Shown here: piece after piece, positions 1-11,249 of the stretch
How the letters are laid out: every line of letters begins with the position of its first letter
How positions within the stretch are numbered: position 1 is the stretch's first letter
Translations under genes and position numbers: made by a program
The notes under the pieces: generated by a model
The model's database searches: none
What the model saw: only the letters and a program-made list of their open reading frames with translations
Told to the model about the DNA's origin: nothing
DNA from: Eledone cirrhosa
Taxonomy: Eukaryota
Reading direction: 5' to 3'
DNA: 64,000 nucleotides
Assembly: GCA_964016885.1 (NCBI GenBank)
Contig: OZ024748.1
Coordinates: forward strand, 32,364,001 to 32,428,000

Positions 1-1248
1 AAGTGCCGTACTAAGAGTGAGAAATGAAATTTCGTTTCATTCTATTCCATTTATCGTTTTCGGTGCGCCTGGCCGACTGAACTCACTCGATATGCAAATT
101 AGGCTGTTCAGCCGTTAATTTTCATAAGGAAAGTATATACTTTCGAACGTTCAACCATCTGGCAGAAAGATATACGGTGCTGACGATAGCTAACAAGCTT
201 AAAACTAGTACATCGTTCCTGTGTCAGTGTTGAACAAAAAGTTGACGTGGTTGCCTGAACACTGTACGGCGTAAATCAGGCTGTCCGTTTGTTTACAAAC
301 GAACAAAGCGAACATTATAATAAATGTTCGGTAAACTAATACGTACATATATATATGTGTGCCTGTATGTATATATATATATGCATGCTACTGTACGTCT
401 GTATACATATATGTATGTATGTATACATACATACTTACATTTAAGTAAGTGCCGTACTAAGAGTGAGAAATGTAATTTCGTTTCATTCTATTCCATTTAT
501 CGTTTTCGGTGCGCCTGGCCGACTGAACTCACTAGATATGCAAATTAGGCTGCTCAGCCGTTAATTTTCATAAGGAAAGTATATACTTTCGAACGTTCAA
601 CCATCTGGCAGAAAGGTATACGGTGCTGACGATAGCTAACAAGCTTGAAACTAGTACATCGTTCCTGTGTCAGTGTTTGAACAAAAAGGTGACGTGGTTG
701 CCTGAACAATGTACGGCGTAAATCAGGCTGTCCGTTTGTTTACAAACGAACAAAGCGAACATTATAATAAATGTTCGGTAAACTGATACGTACATATATA
801 TATGTGTGCCTGTATGTATATATATATGCATGCTACTGTACGTCTGTATACATATATGTATGTACGTATACTTACATTTAAGTAAGTGCCGTACTAAGAG
901 TGAGAAATGAAATTTCGTTTCATTCTATTCCATTTATCGTTTTCGGTGCGCCTGGCCGAGTGAACTCACTAGATATGCAAATTAGGCTGCTCAGCCGTTA
1001 ATTTTCATAAGGAAAGTATATACTTTCGAACGTTCAACCATCTGGCAGAAAGGTATACGGTGCTGACGATAGCTAACAAGCTTGAAACTAGTACATCGTT
1101 CCTGTGTCAGTGTTGAACAAAAAGGTGACGTGGTTGCCTGAACACTGTACGGCGTAAATCAGGCTGTCCGTTTGTTTACAAACGAAGAAAGCGAACAGTA
1201 TAATAAATGTTCGGTAAACTGATACGTACATATATATATGTGTGCCTG

Positions 1249-1284
<36 letters not shown>

Positions 1285-1335
1285 TGCTACTGTACGTATG
1301 TATACATATATGTATGTACGTATACATACATGCTT
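1..1335. repeat. Tandem array of three ~440-bp units (unclassified; runs off the left edge of the window)
   Basis: AAGTGCCGTACTAAGAGTGAGAAATG starts at 1, 447 and 884. The units are near-identical apart from (TA)/(TATG) tracts. Each carries ATGCAAAT (92, 538, 975) and the palindrome GAAAGTATATACTTTC (129-144). Confidence 0.92.
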
Positions 1336-1419
1336 ACATATATATATATACATATACATATATATATACACATATATATATACATATACACACATATATA
1401 TATACATATACAAATTAAC

Positions 1420-2610
1420 TTTAAGGCCTTTTCATTTTACGCCATGCTTTCATGTTTGGAATTTCTTCTCTAGTTCAGCCACAGATTCAGCAATGAGTGT
1501 TAGATCATCTGCGTATAGAAGTTCCCATGGGCAGCCGGTCTTGAACTCCTTTCTTCAAGCCTGAAGGGCAATAATAAATAGGAGGTGGCTAATGAACACC
1601 AACTTTAAGGAGGGGGCTGATGAACACCAACTTTTACGCTAAATTCTTCACTATATTCATTGTTAATTTTAACCTTGCTGACTGTCTCTCTATACATGGC
1701 TTGTATAGCTCTCACAAGCCATTCATCTACACCTAGTTTTCTAAGAGCCCACCAGATAGTGGCGCGGGGGATTCTGTCAAAGGCTTTCTCCAAGTCTACA
1801 AATGCTAAGTAGAGGGGTTTACTTTTAGCTAGATACTTCTCCTGTAGTTGTTGTACAAAGAAAAGAGCGTCTGCGGTACTTTTACCTGACACAAACTCAA
1901 ACTGCATTTCGTCTAGATCAATTCGCTCTCTGTGACCTTCATGACCTGGTCAACTAACTTAATGTCTCTATTATTTCCCCTATCTAGAGCATCACCTTTA
2001 TCCTTGTAGCAGTTAATGATGATGCTGCTACGCCAGTCTTTTGGTATGACCCCATTCGGTATTACTTGGTTTACTATCTGGGTGACCATAGTATGTCCCA
2101 CCGTTCAAGATGCTTTCAACATCTCAGCAACTATCTCCGAAGGCCCAGCTGCCTTGCCTGTCTTCATATCTTTGATTGCCTTACTTATTATACTACCTTT
2201 AACTTGCACTGCTGGTCCCTCTATTGGGCAGACTATCTTTTTCCCATTTCTTCTCCTAATTTAGTAGTCTCTCGTAGTGACTCTTCCAAGCTATCTTATT
2301 ATCAGCAAAAGTGAGGGCAAGTACACCATTATCATTACGGATTCGCTTCTCCCCGAGAATATCACGATTTTCCTTGATACATTGTCTATCAATCCTGAAC
2401 ACTTCACGTTTTTGGTCCTCTTGTTCTAGAATATGCTTGAACTTTCTATCCTACTGCCTATAGGTCTGCTCCAGCCACAGATTTCATCCGTCGCTTTAAG
2501 CAGGTTCACTTTCAAGAATTTCCACTGTTCCTATATATTGTACGTCTCTAATTGCTCTTCCTTACTGGCCGTGGGGTCCTTCAACTTCCATATTCTTCTC
2601 CTCAAGGTAG
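1420..2610 (-). mobile_element. Decayed RTE-type non-LTR retrotransposon (LINE), reverse transcriptase fragment
   Basis: ORFs 1605-1907 (QLQEKYLAK..LAFVDLEKAFDRIP..VGVHQ) and 1913-2101 (GVIPKDWRSSII). [11 protein letters not shown]-like motif lies at ~1500-1530 on the minus strand. Many stops and frameshifts. Confidence 0.88.
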
Positions 2611-2683
2611 TCTTTTATTTTATGTTCATTGTTCAACACACACAACATATAATTGATATTCGCTTTGGAATTATTGATGAAAC

Positions 2684-3490
2684 TTGTTAGTGACACAACT
2701 ACAAGAGAAGTTCCTAGCCAAGATTAAGTTTCATTATTTAGCTTTTGTAGATCTAGAAAAGGCCTTTGACAGAGTACCTTACTCTGTTATCTGGTGGTCC
2801 TTCAGAAATTTAGGTGGAGAATGGCTTGTGAGAGCAGTGCAAGCCATGTACAGAGGAGCTGCCAGTAAAGTGAGAGTAGGAAGGGCGTTTAGTGAAGAGT
2901 TCAATGTACAAGTAGGTGTTCATCAAGGTTCAGTTCACAAGCCACTGCTGTTCATCATAGTTCTCCAGGCCATAACTAACTGGCTGTTCACAGGAAACAG
3001 TCTATGTGAATGATCTGGTCCTTATAACTGACTCCATAAAAGAACTAGAGAATAAGTGACCCTACTGCATATGTAGGAAAGGAGTAGGCATAAACAGTAC
3101 ACAATGATAGCTTCCGCTATCTAGGTGGTGAGAAATGGAGCGACCATGCTTCGTTGGATGTGCAACGTAAATGTGAGAAGAAGTCCGAGCTTGGATAAAT
3201 TGAGGAAGAAATTGGACTTCAGAAGAAACCGAAGTGGTGTGCAAGAGAGAAGACTGCATTGGTATGGATTTGTGATATCCATGGATGGTGATCGCTGGTT
3301 AAAGAAGCGACAGGGAATACCAGAGAAGGGAACCCATAGTAAAGGAAGACCAGGGTAGATGTGGTGATAGCTAATCTAAAATTGCTGAGACTCACAGAGG
3401 AGATAACGAAGGAACAAGCGAGTTGGGAGATATTGTGCTTAAAAGGACCCATCCAACCCATGCCAGGATTGAAAAACCGACGTAAAACTA
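2684..3490 (+). mobile_element. Decayed RTE-type LINE, 3' RT and C-terminal fragment
   Basis: ORF 2684-3013 ([30 protein letters not shown]) and ORF 3125-3358 (MLRWMCNV..ERRLHWYG..GRPG). Confidence 0.88.
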
Positions 3491-3893
3491 TGCTTATTAT
3501 GTAGATGAAGTAAATTAAATTAAAACAGATTTAGACTAAATCGAACAAAACTTCCCTGATACAGGGTACAGCTAAATATAAACTATATTTTATAATGTAA
3601 GGTAATGAACAAGATAATTAAATAGACGGAGGTATTTTAAATAATAAAGACAGTCATGATAACAATATATTTTATTTCACATCTAACAGTGGAATCTGCT
3701 GATTGAAAAATAACACATCAACATTTCAGTATGGAAGTTTTTTTTCTATATATAAAAGTGGAGGAAGAAATATATTTTTCTAATGTTGTTATATTTTCAC
3801 TTGTATAATTACTGGATCGTTGTAGTGTTCACGTAATTATATTATTTACACACATTAATATAGACATTAAGTAAGTCTTTGTCAACTTACCTC

Positions 3894-5689
3894 TGTAGCA
3901 GGAGTTGCCTCCCTTGTTGTGACACTCACATCCCCAATAGATTAACGCTCTCTAGACAGGAAGTAGAACCCTTTCTGTAACTTCCGGTCAGAACCCTATA
4001 AAACTAACAACTTTAAGTTCCCTCTCTCTCATTTGCCTTTCCGGCTCCTGGCTTTCGCCAGCCGTCTTCTGCCAGGCGCGTTCGCCTGGCAACCAAAACG
4101 GTAACTAATAACTTTGCTTCATTCTTTCATCTATTCATTGACATGTCAACTATACTGTTCTATATATCCACAAATTGTTAATTAAATATTATACACACAA
4201 ACCACGTCTCATGTTATATTCATACACACCAGTATTTTGTTATAAGTGATGACCCCGAAAAAAAGAAAAAATAACAGAATCTGGTGTTGTGTGAGTAACA
4301 TTACGAATACACAGCAAATTTTATTGACAAACTATGAAAATACGCAGTCAAAGAAACGAACACGCACGTGAAATTTTCGTTCAGACAGACTCTTTTTCCC
4401 TCACGCATCCACTAACTGTCGCAGTTCACTGTATATATATATGTTTCTCGTTTCTTACAACGAACACTTTAAAAACAAAAAAAAAAAAAAGAAATTTGAT
4501 TTTTTAAAAAAAACATTTCAACAGGAACATTTATTTTCGATGAATCTCAACCATTGCCTTTTTTTCATCGTTTTCTTCATCGTTCAAGTTTTTTTCAAAG
4601 TTCACAAAAAAAAAAAAAAAAAAAATTGAACTCGCCATATTTGTTATATTAAGTGAAGCCTTTCTTTCTTTTTCATCATTGTCACTTTCACACACAGATT
4701 TTTTCAAAATGGCTGCCAACGACCTGTTGCACTATCACTTTCGCGCAATAGAAATATTTTTTTTTCAACTTAACCTTGTATTGGCACGTGTAGGCAGCAC
4801 AATTTCTCGATTCACTGAGATAGCCACACGCCATGAGATAACGTTTCTCGCCAAGGATTCTCCAGCCTTAAGCTATATTCTCCTATTTGCCGATTTAAAA
4901 ATTTACCACGTAAATTTGCCGTTGAAAACTGCGCATTTATTCAGAATGCTTATTTCTTTGGTCGCTGGCCTCTTGACCCTTCCAGGTCAGCCCATTCTCA
5001 ACATCGACCATCAACTTCGGCTGTTATTTCTAGCACTTTGCGCAACTCATTTTTTCTGAAAACATTTTTTACTGTGAATTTAAACAGCGAATACGCTCAC
5101 CCCGCGAGACAACAACATCAACAGCAACACAGCTTCATCAACAACCAAAACCAGCAGAACAAGCCAGAGAATTTATTTTTGCAGCACTCTTCCTGTGAGA
5201 AAATCCATTCGGAGGTTGGAAATTTCACGTTATACCACAGAACAGAAACCACCTGCATTCATTCTCTGGAACACACTTTCTTTCCTGCTGTCATGTGATT
5301 GCACACCTGTGAACTGTATTTTGAACATTTGAACTTTGAGCTCTTCTCTTACTTTCATTACATTGTATCTTTAGGTGATGGATAGATAGATGTCCAGTCG
5401 TTCTCTGGCCAAGAGCGGTTGGTTACCTTGATATCTATCATTGATTATTGCAAACATTAATTTTTTCGTAATTTTCATGCCTGTTACAACATTCTCGCCA
5501 ACTTACTACATACATATTTCATTCGATTTTTATATTTTAAAAATCTGGCAACCAAAACGGTAACTAATAACTTTGCTTCATTCTTTCATCTATTCATTGA
5601 CATGTCAACTATCCACAAATTGTTAATTAAATATTATACACACAAACCACGTCTCATGTTATATTCATACACACCAGTATTTTGTTATA
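3894..5689 (+). mobile_element. Non-coding, internally deleted Gypsy-type LTR element with 4-bp TSD CCTC
   Basis: The 5' LTR spans 3894-4244 (TGTAGCA...GTTATA), followed by a degenerate tRNA-Trp PBS TGATGACCCCG at ~4247. A partial 3' LTR at 5546-5689 repeats 4087-4244. CCTC flanks the element at 3890-3893 and 5690-5693. Confidence 0.8.
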
Positions 5690-6059
5690 CCTCCTTCAGA
5701 TATAATCAATGTGTTGTGTTGTTAGTTTTTACTAAACAACCAAAGAAATAATCTCTTTGTTATCAAATTAGAAGTTTCAAACATGTTATCAGCTTTATTT
5801 CACAACATTAACGTTGGTGTAACTTCTTCTTTAGTCATAAATTGATATCTTGTCAGAATAAAGTAGTGAGGCTGACTTTATGTCTTTAGTCACAGATTTG
5901 ATAGGAAATATATATATATTAGGTTGATATGTGGTCTAAAATATATATATTGTCTATAAATGACTGATAGTAGATGTTCTGGTGAAATAGTAGTTTTACT
6001 ACTACAGATTGTAATGGAACTCTTAGTAATCACAATTGTAAAGTAAGAATAGATATGAC

Positions 6060-6089
6060 AGTGTAAGACTGATGTCGGGGAAAGAAATT

Positions 6090-6136
<47 letters not shown>

Positions 6137-6390
6137 GTTACACAAGATATAATTAGATTAATTAAAGTTATAATGAAGACAGCAGGTACCCGGTGTCGTT
6201 GGGAATGTTTCAACTCTCGCACCGGTGTCATACGTTAAAAGTCCCTGCTATAATTTAATACATTCAGACGCATTTCCACTCGTTTTTAATTGATTGTAAA
6301 TCAGAAAGTATCACTCAGTAAAATATCAATTATATATCAATAAGAAAACCTCTACGTAGTCTCTCTAACTGCTAGAAATAGCAGTGATAT
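6060..6390 (-). other. Inverted paralog of the region upstream of the ZNF gene (putative promoter or 5'UTR of a leftward-facing paralog)
   Basis: The reverse complement of 6132-6268 aligns to 15879-16012 (TCTGAATGTATTAAATTAT..CAGGGACTTTTAACGTATGACACCGGTG..TTATAACTTTAATTAATCTAATTATATCTT). The reverse complement of 6060-6085 aligns to 16361-16390 (CCCCGACATCAGTCT). Confidence 0.7.
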
Positions 6391-6504
6391 TATCCATCAC
6401 AACTTAGTTTTTTGTTTAAAATCTCCAAAGTTTAGTTATACAGCAAATCTTTTGTATAGACTTCGGAATAAACTGGAAGACCGTCAGAATATCATTCTCC
6501 TTCT

Positions 6505-6506
<2 letters not shown>

Positions 6507-6583
<77 letters not shown>
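6507..6583. repeat. (TA)n microsatellite
   Basis: Direct reading. Similar tracts occur at 1250-1410, 6096-6132, 11167-11246 and 15588-15664. Confidence 0.95.
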
Positions 6584-7239
6584 TGAGTATATGTTGGTTG
6601 TTTACCGACACCTCAGTAAGCACAATGGAGCACTCGACGAAGTGCGCAGGCTGGTTTGGTTACTCCGGAGTAATGTAAAATAAAATAAATAAGTCAAATA
6701 TTTAAAATTTGGCTTCGTTTATTAACTGCTATATATATTTCGGTGACAGCCATCATTGGCTGTGACCTCTTCAGGCTGTCCGAATTGATGTGGTAGAGAC
6801 AGGTACACATGTTGTTCTGGTGTTTAACTCCGTCGATACTCCGATATGCCCAGTTCCTGGCTGGGTTGTTATTTCTCTGAGGAACTGGCAACATATGAAT
6901 TCGAACAAACGAATTTCGGTGTCAAGGACACTCTCTCGTCCCATTGGTCAGTTGTGAGAATATTCCTCAGTTAAAAGTCTATAGAAATTTTTACTGAGGC
7001 AAGGCAATCTGTTGTTCTTGTTTTTGTCAAGTCCAGCTGACCTCCTCCCTTATGTTGGCAGTGGTGTTGGTGTTGGGGTCAGCTTCAGTTCGCCTGCTGC
7101 TATTTTTAGGAGAATCTGTGTGTGTGTCGGGATCCATCCTGCCACAATTTCTCGTGGTGGTGGTTGTGGGGCGGTCTGCGCCAGGCAGATGAAGAAATAA
7201 GATAAAGCGAATTGGAGAAACAAGGATATAAGGCAATAA

Positions 7240-8536
7240 AGAATGAAATAAAATAAAAGTAAAAAAATAAAATAACATATAGTAAAAAAGTAAATAAACA
7301 ATAAAAAAGAAGAATAAAATAGTAAAAAGAATAAGGTAATAGAAGAATAAGATAAAATAATAAAATAAAATGCGTGTGTGTTATAACCAATCTCAAAGTT
7401 TGAATGTTTGGAAGATATTGACCAGAGTAGAAAGGCTGTGTCAGAATCCGTAAGTGCAAAGGATCACAGTCCTTACTCCATCATTGTGTGGTACGTTTTA
7501 AGAGCAAATGAGACAAGGGTGGGGTGTAAAACACCAGAACCCGAGTGTTAAAATCCGGAAATAAAAGAATAAAATAAATAAAAAGGTAAAATGCAGTAAA
7601 AAAATAAATAAACAAAAAAATAATAAAATAGTAAAAGGGATAAGGTAATATAAGGATAAAATAAAATAATAAAATGCGTGTGTGTTATATGTTTGTGTTA
7701 TAACCAATCTCTCAAAGTTTAAATATTGGGGAGATATTGCCTGAAGTAGAAAGGCTGTGTCCGAATCAGGAAGTTCAAAGTATCACAATCTTTACATCAT
7801 CATGGTGTGGTGCATTTTAAGAGCAATGAGACGATTGCGGAGTGTAAAGCACCAGAACCCGAGTGTTAAAATCCCGAAATGCAGAGGACTACAGTTCCTA
7901 TTTCGGCACAGATCACATATGCGTGTATGTCAACTCACATCGTTCCAAGCACACACGCACAGGCACAGGCCCAGCTGCATCCCCTATGCCCACACACCGA
8001 CACCCACCCACACACGCACATGCGATTTTTTTCAAACTTTACATGTGTATTACTTATGTTTCAGGAAGTGTTATGCAACATTTTGATCCCTTAGGGCCTG
8101 CATTAGGTGAAAAACTGCGGTTTTTTTCAGCTTTTGGGGGGCTTTTTGAGGTGTTACGTCAGACCGATTTCCTTGAAATTGTAACTATGTATTAGTCTCT
8201 TCTTCATACCGTGAGCAAATAAAATCCAACTTTTTTATGGCCTAGGGCCCGCATTAGGTGAAAAACTTCATTTTTTCAGCTTTTTAGGGCTCTTTCAAGG
8301 CATATTATGCACCTAATAAAAAATTCATTTTCTTGATTCCCTAGGGCCCGCATTTGGTAAAATCCTGCATTTTCCTGCTTAATCGAGGAAAATCTTAAAG
8401 ATTATCCAGCCATCAGAATATTCGGTTTATTTTCTTTACATATTGTCCAAGCATGCAGTTTTTCCACGATTAAGACTGTTGTTGGCCCGCATTCCAAAAT
8501 ACATTAACCCGTGCAACGCCGGGTACCACTGCTTGT
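7240..8536 (+). mobile_element. Non-autonomous Helitron-like element with a tandemly duplicated 5' part
   Basis: A 3' hairpin ACCCGTGCAACGCCGGGT (8507-8524) is followed by a degenerate CTAG-T terminus (CTTGT, 8532-8536). Internal repeats TAGGGCCCGCATTAGGTGAAAAACT lie at ~8092, 8243 and 8342. A ~320-bp block is duplicated (7240-7562 and 7563-7880). The 5' boundary is uncertain. Confidence 0.55.
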
Positions 8537-8607
8537 ATATATATAAATGTGAAGACTATAAGGATTATATATATATAAATATATATAAAAACCGTAAAGC
8601 AAATATT

Positions 8608-8710
8608 TATTAAAATAACAGATTAAAGCAAAGAATTCTTGCTGTCACCCTTAACCGTTAAGGGTGAAAGCAGCGATTCTTTGCATAAACTTTAACCTGT
8701 TATTTTAATA
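8608..8710. repeat. ~100-bp palindromic (foldback) element within TA-rich sequence
   Basis: TATTAAAATAACAG..GCAAAGAAT..TCACCCTTAAC C GTTAAGGGTGA..ATTCTTTGC..CTGTTATTTTAATA, centred at ~8656. Confidence 0.75.
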
Positions 8711-8883
8711 TATATATATATATATATATGTGTGTATATGTATATATATATATATTATTGCAAGGTATCTATATTCAAGGTTCTTGTTAATTTTTAATAT
8801 GTTATCTCCGTAACTATGTGTGTTTACACTCTTTACAAATTACCCCCTGTAATTGTTTGACGTGTTTATTTTATATATACATA

Positions 8884-9402
8884 TGTAGCGAAATCTGTCC
8901 ATGCCTTGAACCCTGGGTGACACCTAAAAGTCAAATTCTAGGTCACCATCCTTTTCGACGTGGACAGGTTCATGCGTGGGCGATCCCTCGAGGCAGAAGA
9001 CAGAAAGCGACAGGTATAAAAGCCTGTATCATCCTACGTCTGACACACAGAGAGATCAGAGAATTATGCTATAGACGAGCTATTTAAAGATTCACCGCCA
9101 CCTACAGGTCGCTGAGGTCTACAGATAATCACAGACCATTACTCTCTATCCTGGTCTCATACTACACCAGCCTCATGAACCAACAACAAAATAACATCGC
9201 CAACCTTCGCGACTCGTGGTAACTTGTTTATTGTTCTTTTTGACTGAAGTGAAGTAAACCTTTTTATATATAAAGTAAATATGTTATTCTTGTTATTTCA
9301 TCTAACAAACACTTTTACCCTTCGTTTACTTTTAATTTCATATATATATCAACTTTTAATTTCATATATATATATATACACATATACACAACTGCTGTAA
9401 CA
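8884..9402 (+). mobile_element. Candidate solo LTR
   Basis: Begins TGTAGCG, has TATAAAA at ~9015 and AGTAAA motifs at ~9253 and ~9273, and may end at TGTAACA (9402). No unambiguous TSD. Confidence 0.35.
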
Positions 9403-9651
9403 TACTTAATCATAGGTGTAGTGGAACACGCCTGACCTGGGGCTAAACAACAACGAGAAACCGACAATGGGGGTCCGCTATAATACTTGAAGATGTTTCT
9501 AAAAGCAGCCATGATGTAATGTAGAGGAAACTGGGACGGGCGGGGATGCTCTGAATAACATTTACTACTAACTGTCAAGGGGAAATAACTTTTGTAATGC
9601 TTTTTGTGTGTACGGTGCCTCTTTGTATTATTATGCATAAACTGAGGGGTG

Positions 9652-9791
9652 GGGTGGATTGGCAGTATCGGTAGAGCATAGGACACCATGCTTTGAGGCA
9701 TAGAGTTATGGTCTGAGTTCAAATCCCGCCGAGGTTAACTTTGCCTTTCATCCTTACGGGGTCAATAACATAAAGTATCAGTAATGTACTG
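9652..9791 (+). mobile_element. tRNA-derived SINE, 3'-truncated
   Basis: A-box-like TGGCAGTATCGG and B-box GAGTTCAAATCC, then the family body CCGCCGAGGTTAACTTTGCCTTTCATCCTTACGGGGTC. Confidence 0.8.
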
Positions 9792-9918
9792 TGGTTATGT
9801 ATGATCTTTTAACGAAGTTAGAAGTAACTTAACATTAATACTTAGTCACAGAAGAAAAGAGGAAATCAATTCAGTATGGAACTTATTAACTTACTAATGA
9901 AGCAAGTCTGTCAATAAT

Positions 9919-10099
9919 TGTTTCTACTATTGGCACAAGGCCAGCAATTAATCAGTACATTACTGGTATTTATTTTATCAACCCCGTAAGGATGAAAGGC
10001 AAAGTTAACCTCGGCGGGATTTGAACTCAGAATGGCAAGGGCCGTAATTCTATGCGTCAAATCATGGTGTCCGACCCTCTACCGATACTGCCATTTCAC
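9919..10099 (-). mobile_element. tRNA-derived SINE, full length, 18-bp TSD
   Basis: Same family as 9652 in the opposite orientation. TSD AGCAAGTCTGTCAATAAT at 9901-9918 and 10100-10117. Confidence 0.88.
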
Positions 10100-10545
10100 A
10101 GCAAGTCTGTCAATAATGACAGCAATACTGTTGAATATATTTAATGTTTGGAGTCTAGGTTTGTTATGTTATATATATACTAGGTTTACCAGATCTACTG
10201 GCAAACTTGTGTTTTGATAAATTGATGGTGTAAGAGAAACCCTATAGTTTATGTTGATTAACATAGAAGTGATTAACATGGAAGTGATTAACAGTAAGAA
10301 TGATATTTTAATGATTTATTTCTAGGATATAATTATATAAATATTTAACATTTGATATAGAGGATTAAATCTATGAGTAACTTTGGAGAAATAACTATTT
10401 CCAGGGACTAATGTAGGGCTAGAACCCAGGACCTTGTGATAGGAAAGTTAACTTCTTATTGTAACAACAGGGCAGATAGGAAATACACTGTGTATATGTG
10501 TGTATATATGATTGTGTATAAATTATAAAGAGTTACAAACAGTTA

Positions 10546-10581
<36 letters not shown>

Positions 10582-10583
<2 letters not shown>

Positions 10584-11163
10584 AATGTAAGTATGTATGT
10601 ATACGTACATACATATATGTATACAGATGTACAGTAGTATGTATATATATACATACATGCACACATATATATATGTACGTATGGGTTTACCGAACATTTA
10701 TTATAATGTTCGGTTTGTTTGTAAGCAAACAGCCCGAATTACGCCATACAGTGTTCAGGCTAACTCACTCGATATGCAAATTAGGCTGCTCAGCTGTTAA
10801 TATGCATAAGGAAAGTATATACTTTCAGACGTTCAATCATCTGCTAGGAAGGTATACGATGCTGACGATAGCTAATAAGCTTGAAACTAGTACATCGTTC
10901 CTGTGTCCGTCTTGAACAAAAAGGTGACGATGGTTGCCTGAACAATGTACAGCGTAATTCGGGCTGTTTGTTTACAAACAAACCGAGCATTATAATAAAT
11001 GTTCTGTAAATCCATGCATACATATATATATGTGTGCATGTATCTATATATATACATACTACTGTACGTCTGTATACATATATGTATGTACGTATACATA
11101 CATACTTACATTTAAGTATCAGCCGTTCTAAGAGTGAGGAATAAAATGTTGTTTCATTCTTTT

Positions 11164-11165
<2 letters not shown>
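10582..11165. mobile_element. Foldback (long inverted repeat) version of the 440-bp unit, flanked by (TA)n
   Basis: Arm 10582-10760 is the reverse complement of 10937-11114. The segment 10762-11165 matches a circularly permuted copy of the 1-1335 unit. Confidence 0.8.

Positions 11166-11249
<84 letters not shown>

Noticed and set aside
431-470. ATACTTAC start plus octamer, suggesting tandem U1 snRNA genes
   Set aside because: The match ends after 8 nt (ATACTTACAT, not ATACTTACCTGG), with no U1 stem-loops or Sm site recognisable.
324-1564. YIYI/MYVC-rich ORFs (also 10597-11322, 15533-15922, 35319-35654)
   Set aside because: These are artefacts of stop-free (TA)n and (TATG)n microsatellites.
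1420-3490. Single LINE with a 5' inversion (twin priming)
   Set aside because: The two oppositely oriented fragments overlap over the same RT segment and are clearly diverged, so they are independent insertions.
6600-7200. GC-richer segment with short ORFs (possible Penelope or other TE relic)
   Set aside because: No recognisable protein motif in the frames I translated, so it is left unannotated.
9652-9735. tRNA genes (also 15360-15443, 23305-23390, 32572-32620)
   Set aside because: A and B boxes are present but run into SINE bodies with TSDs, and no complete cloverleaf is visible.
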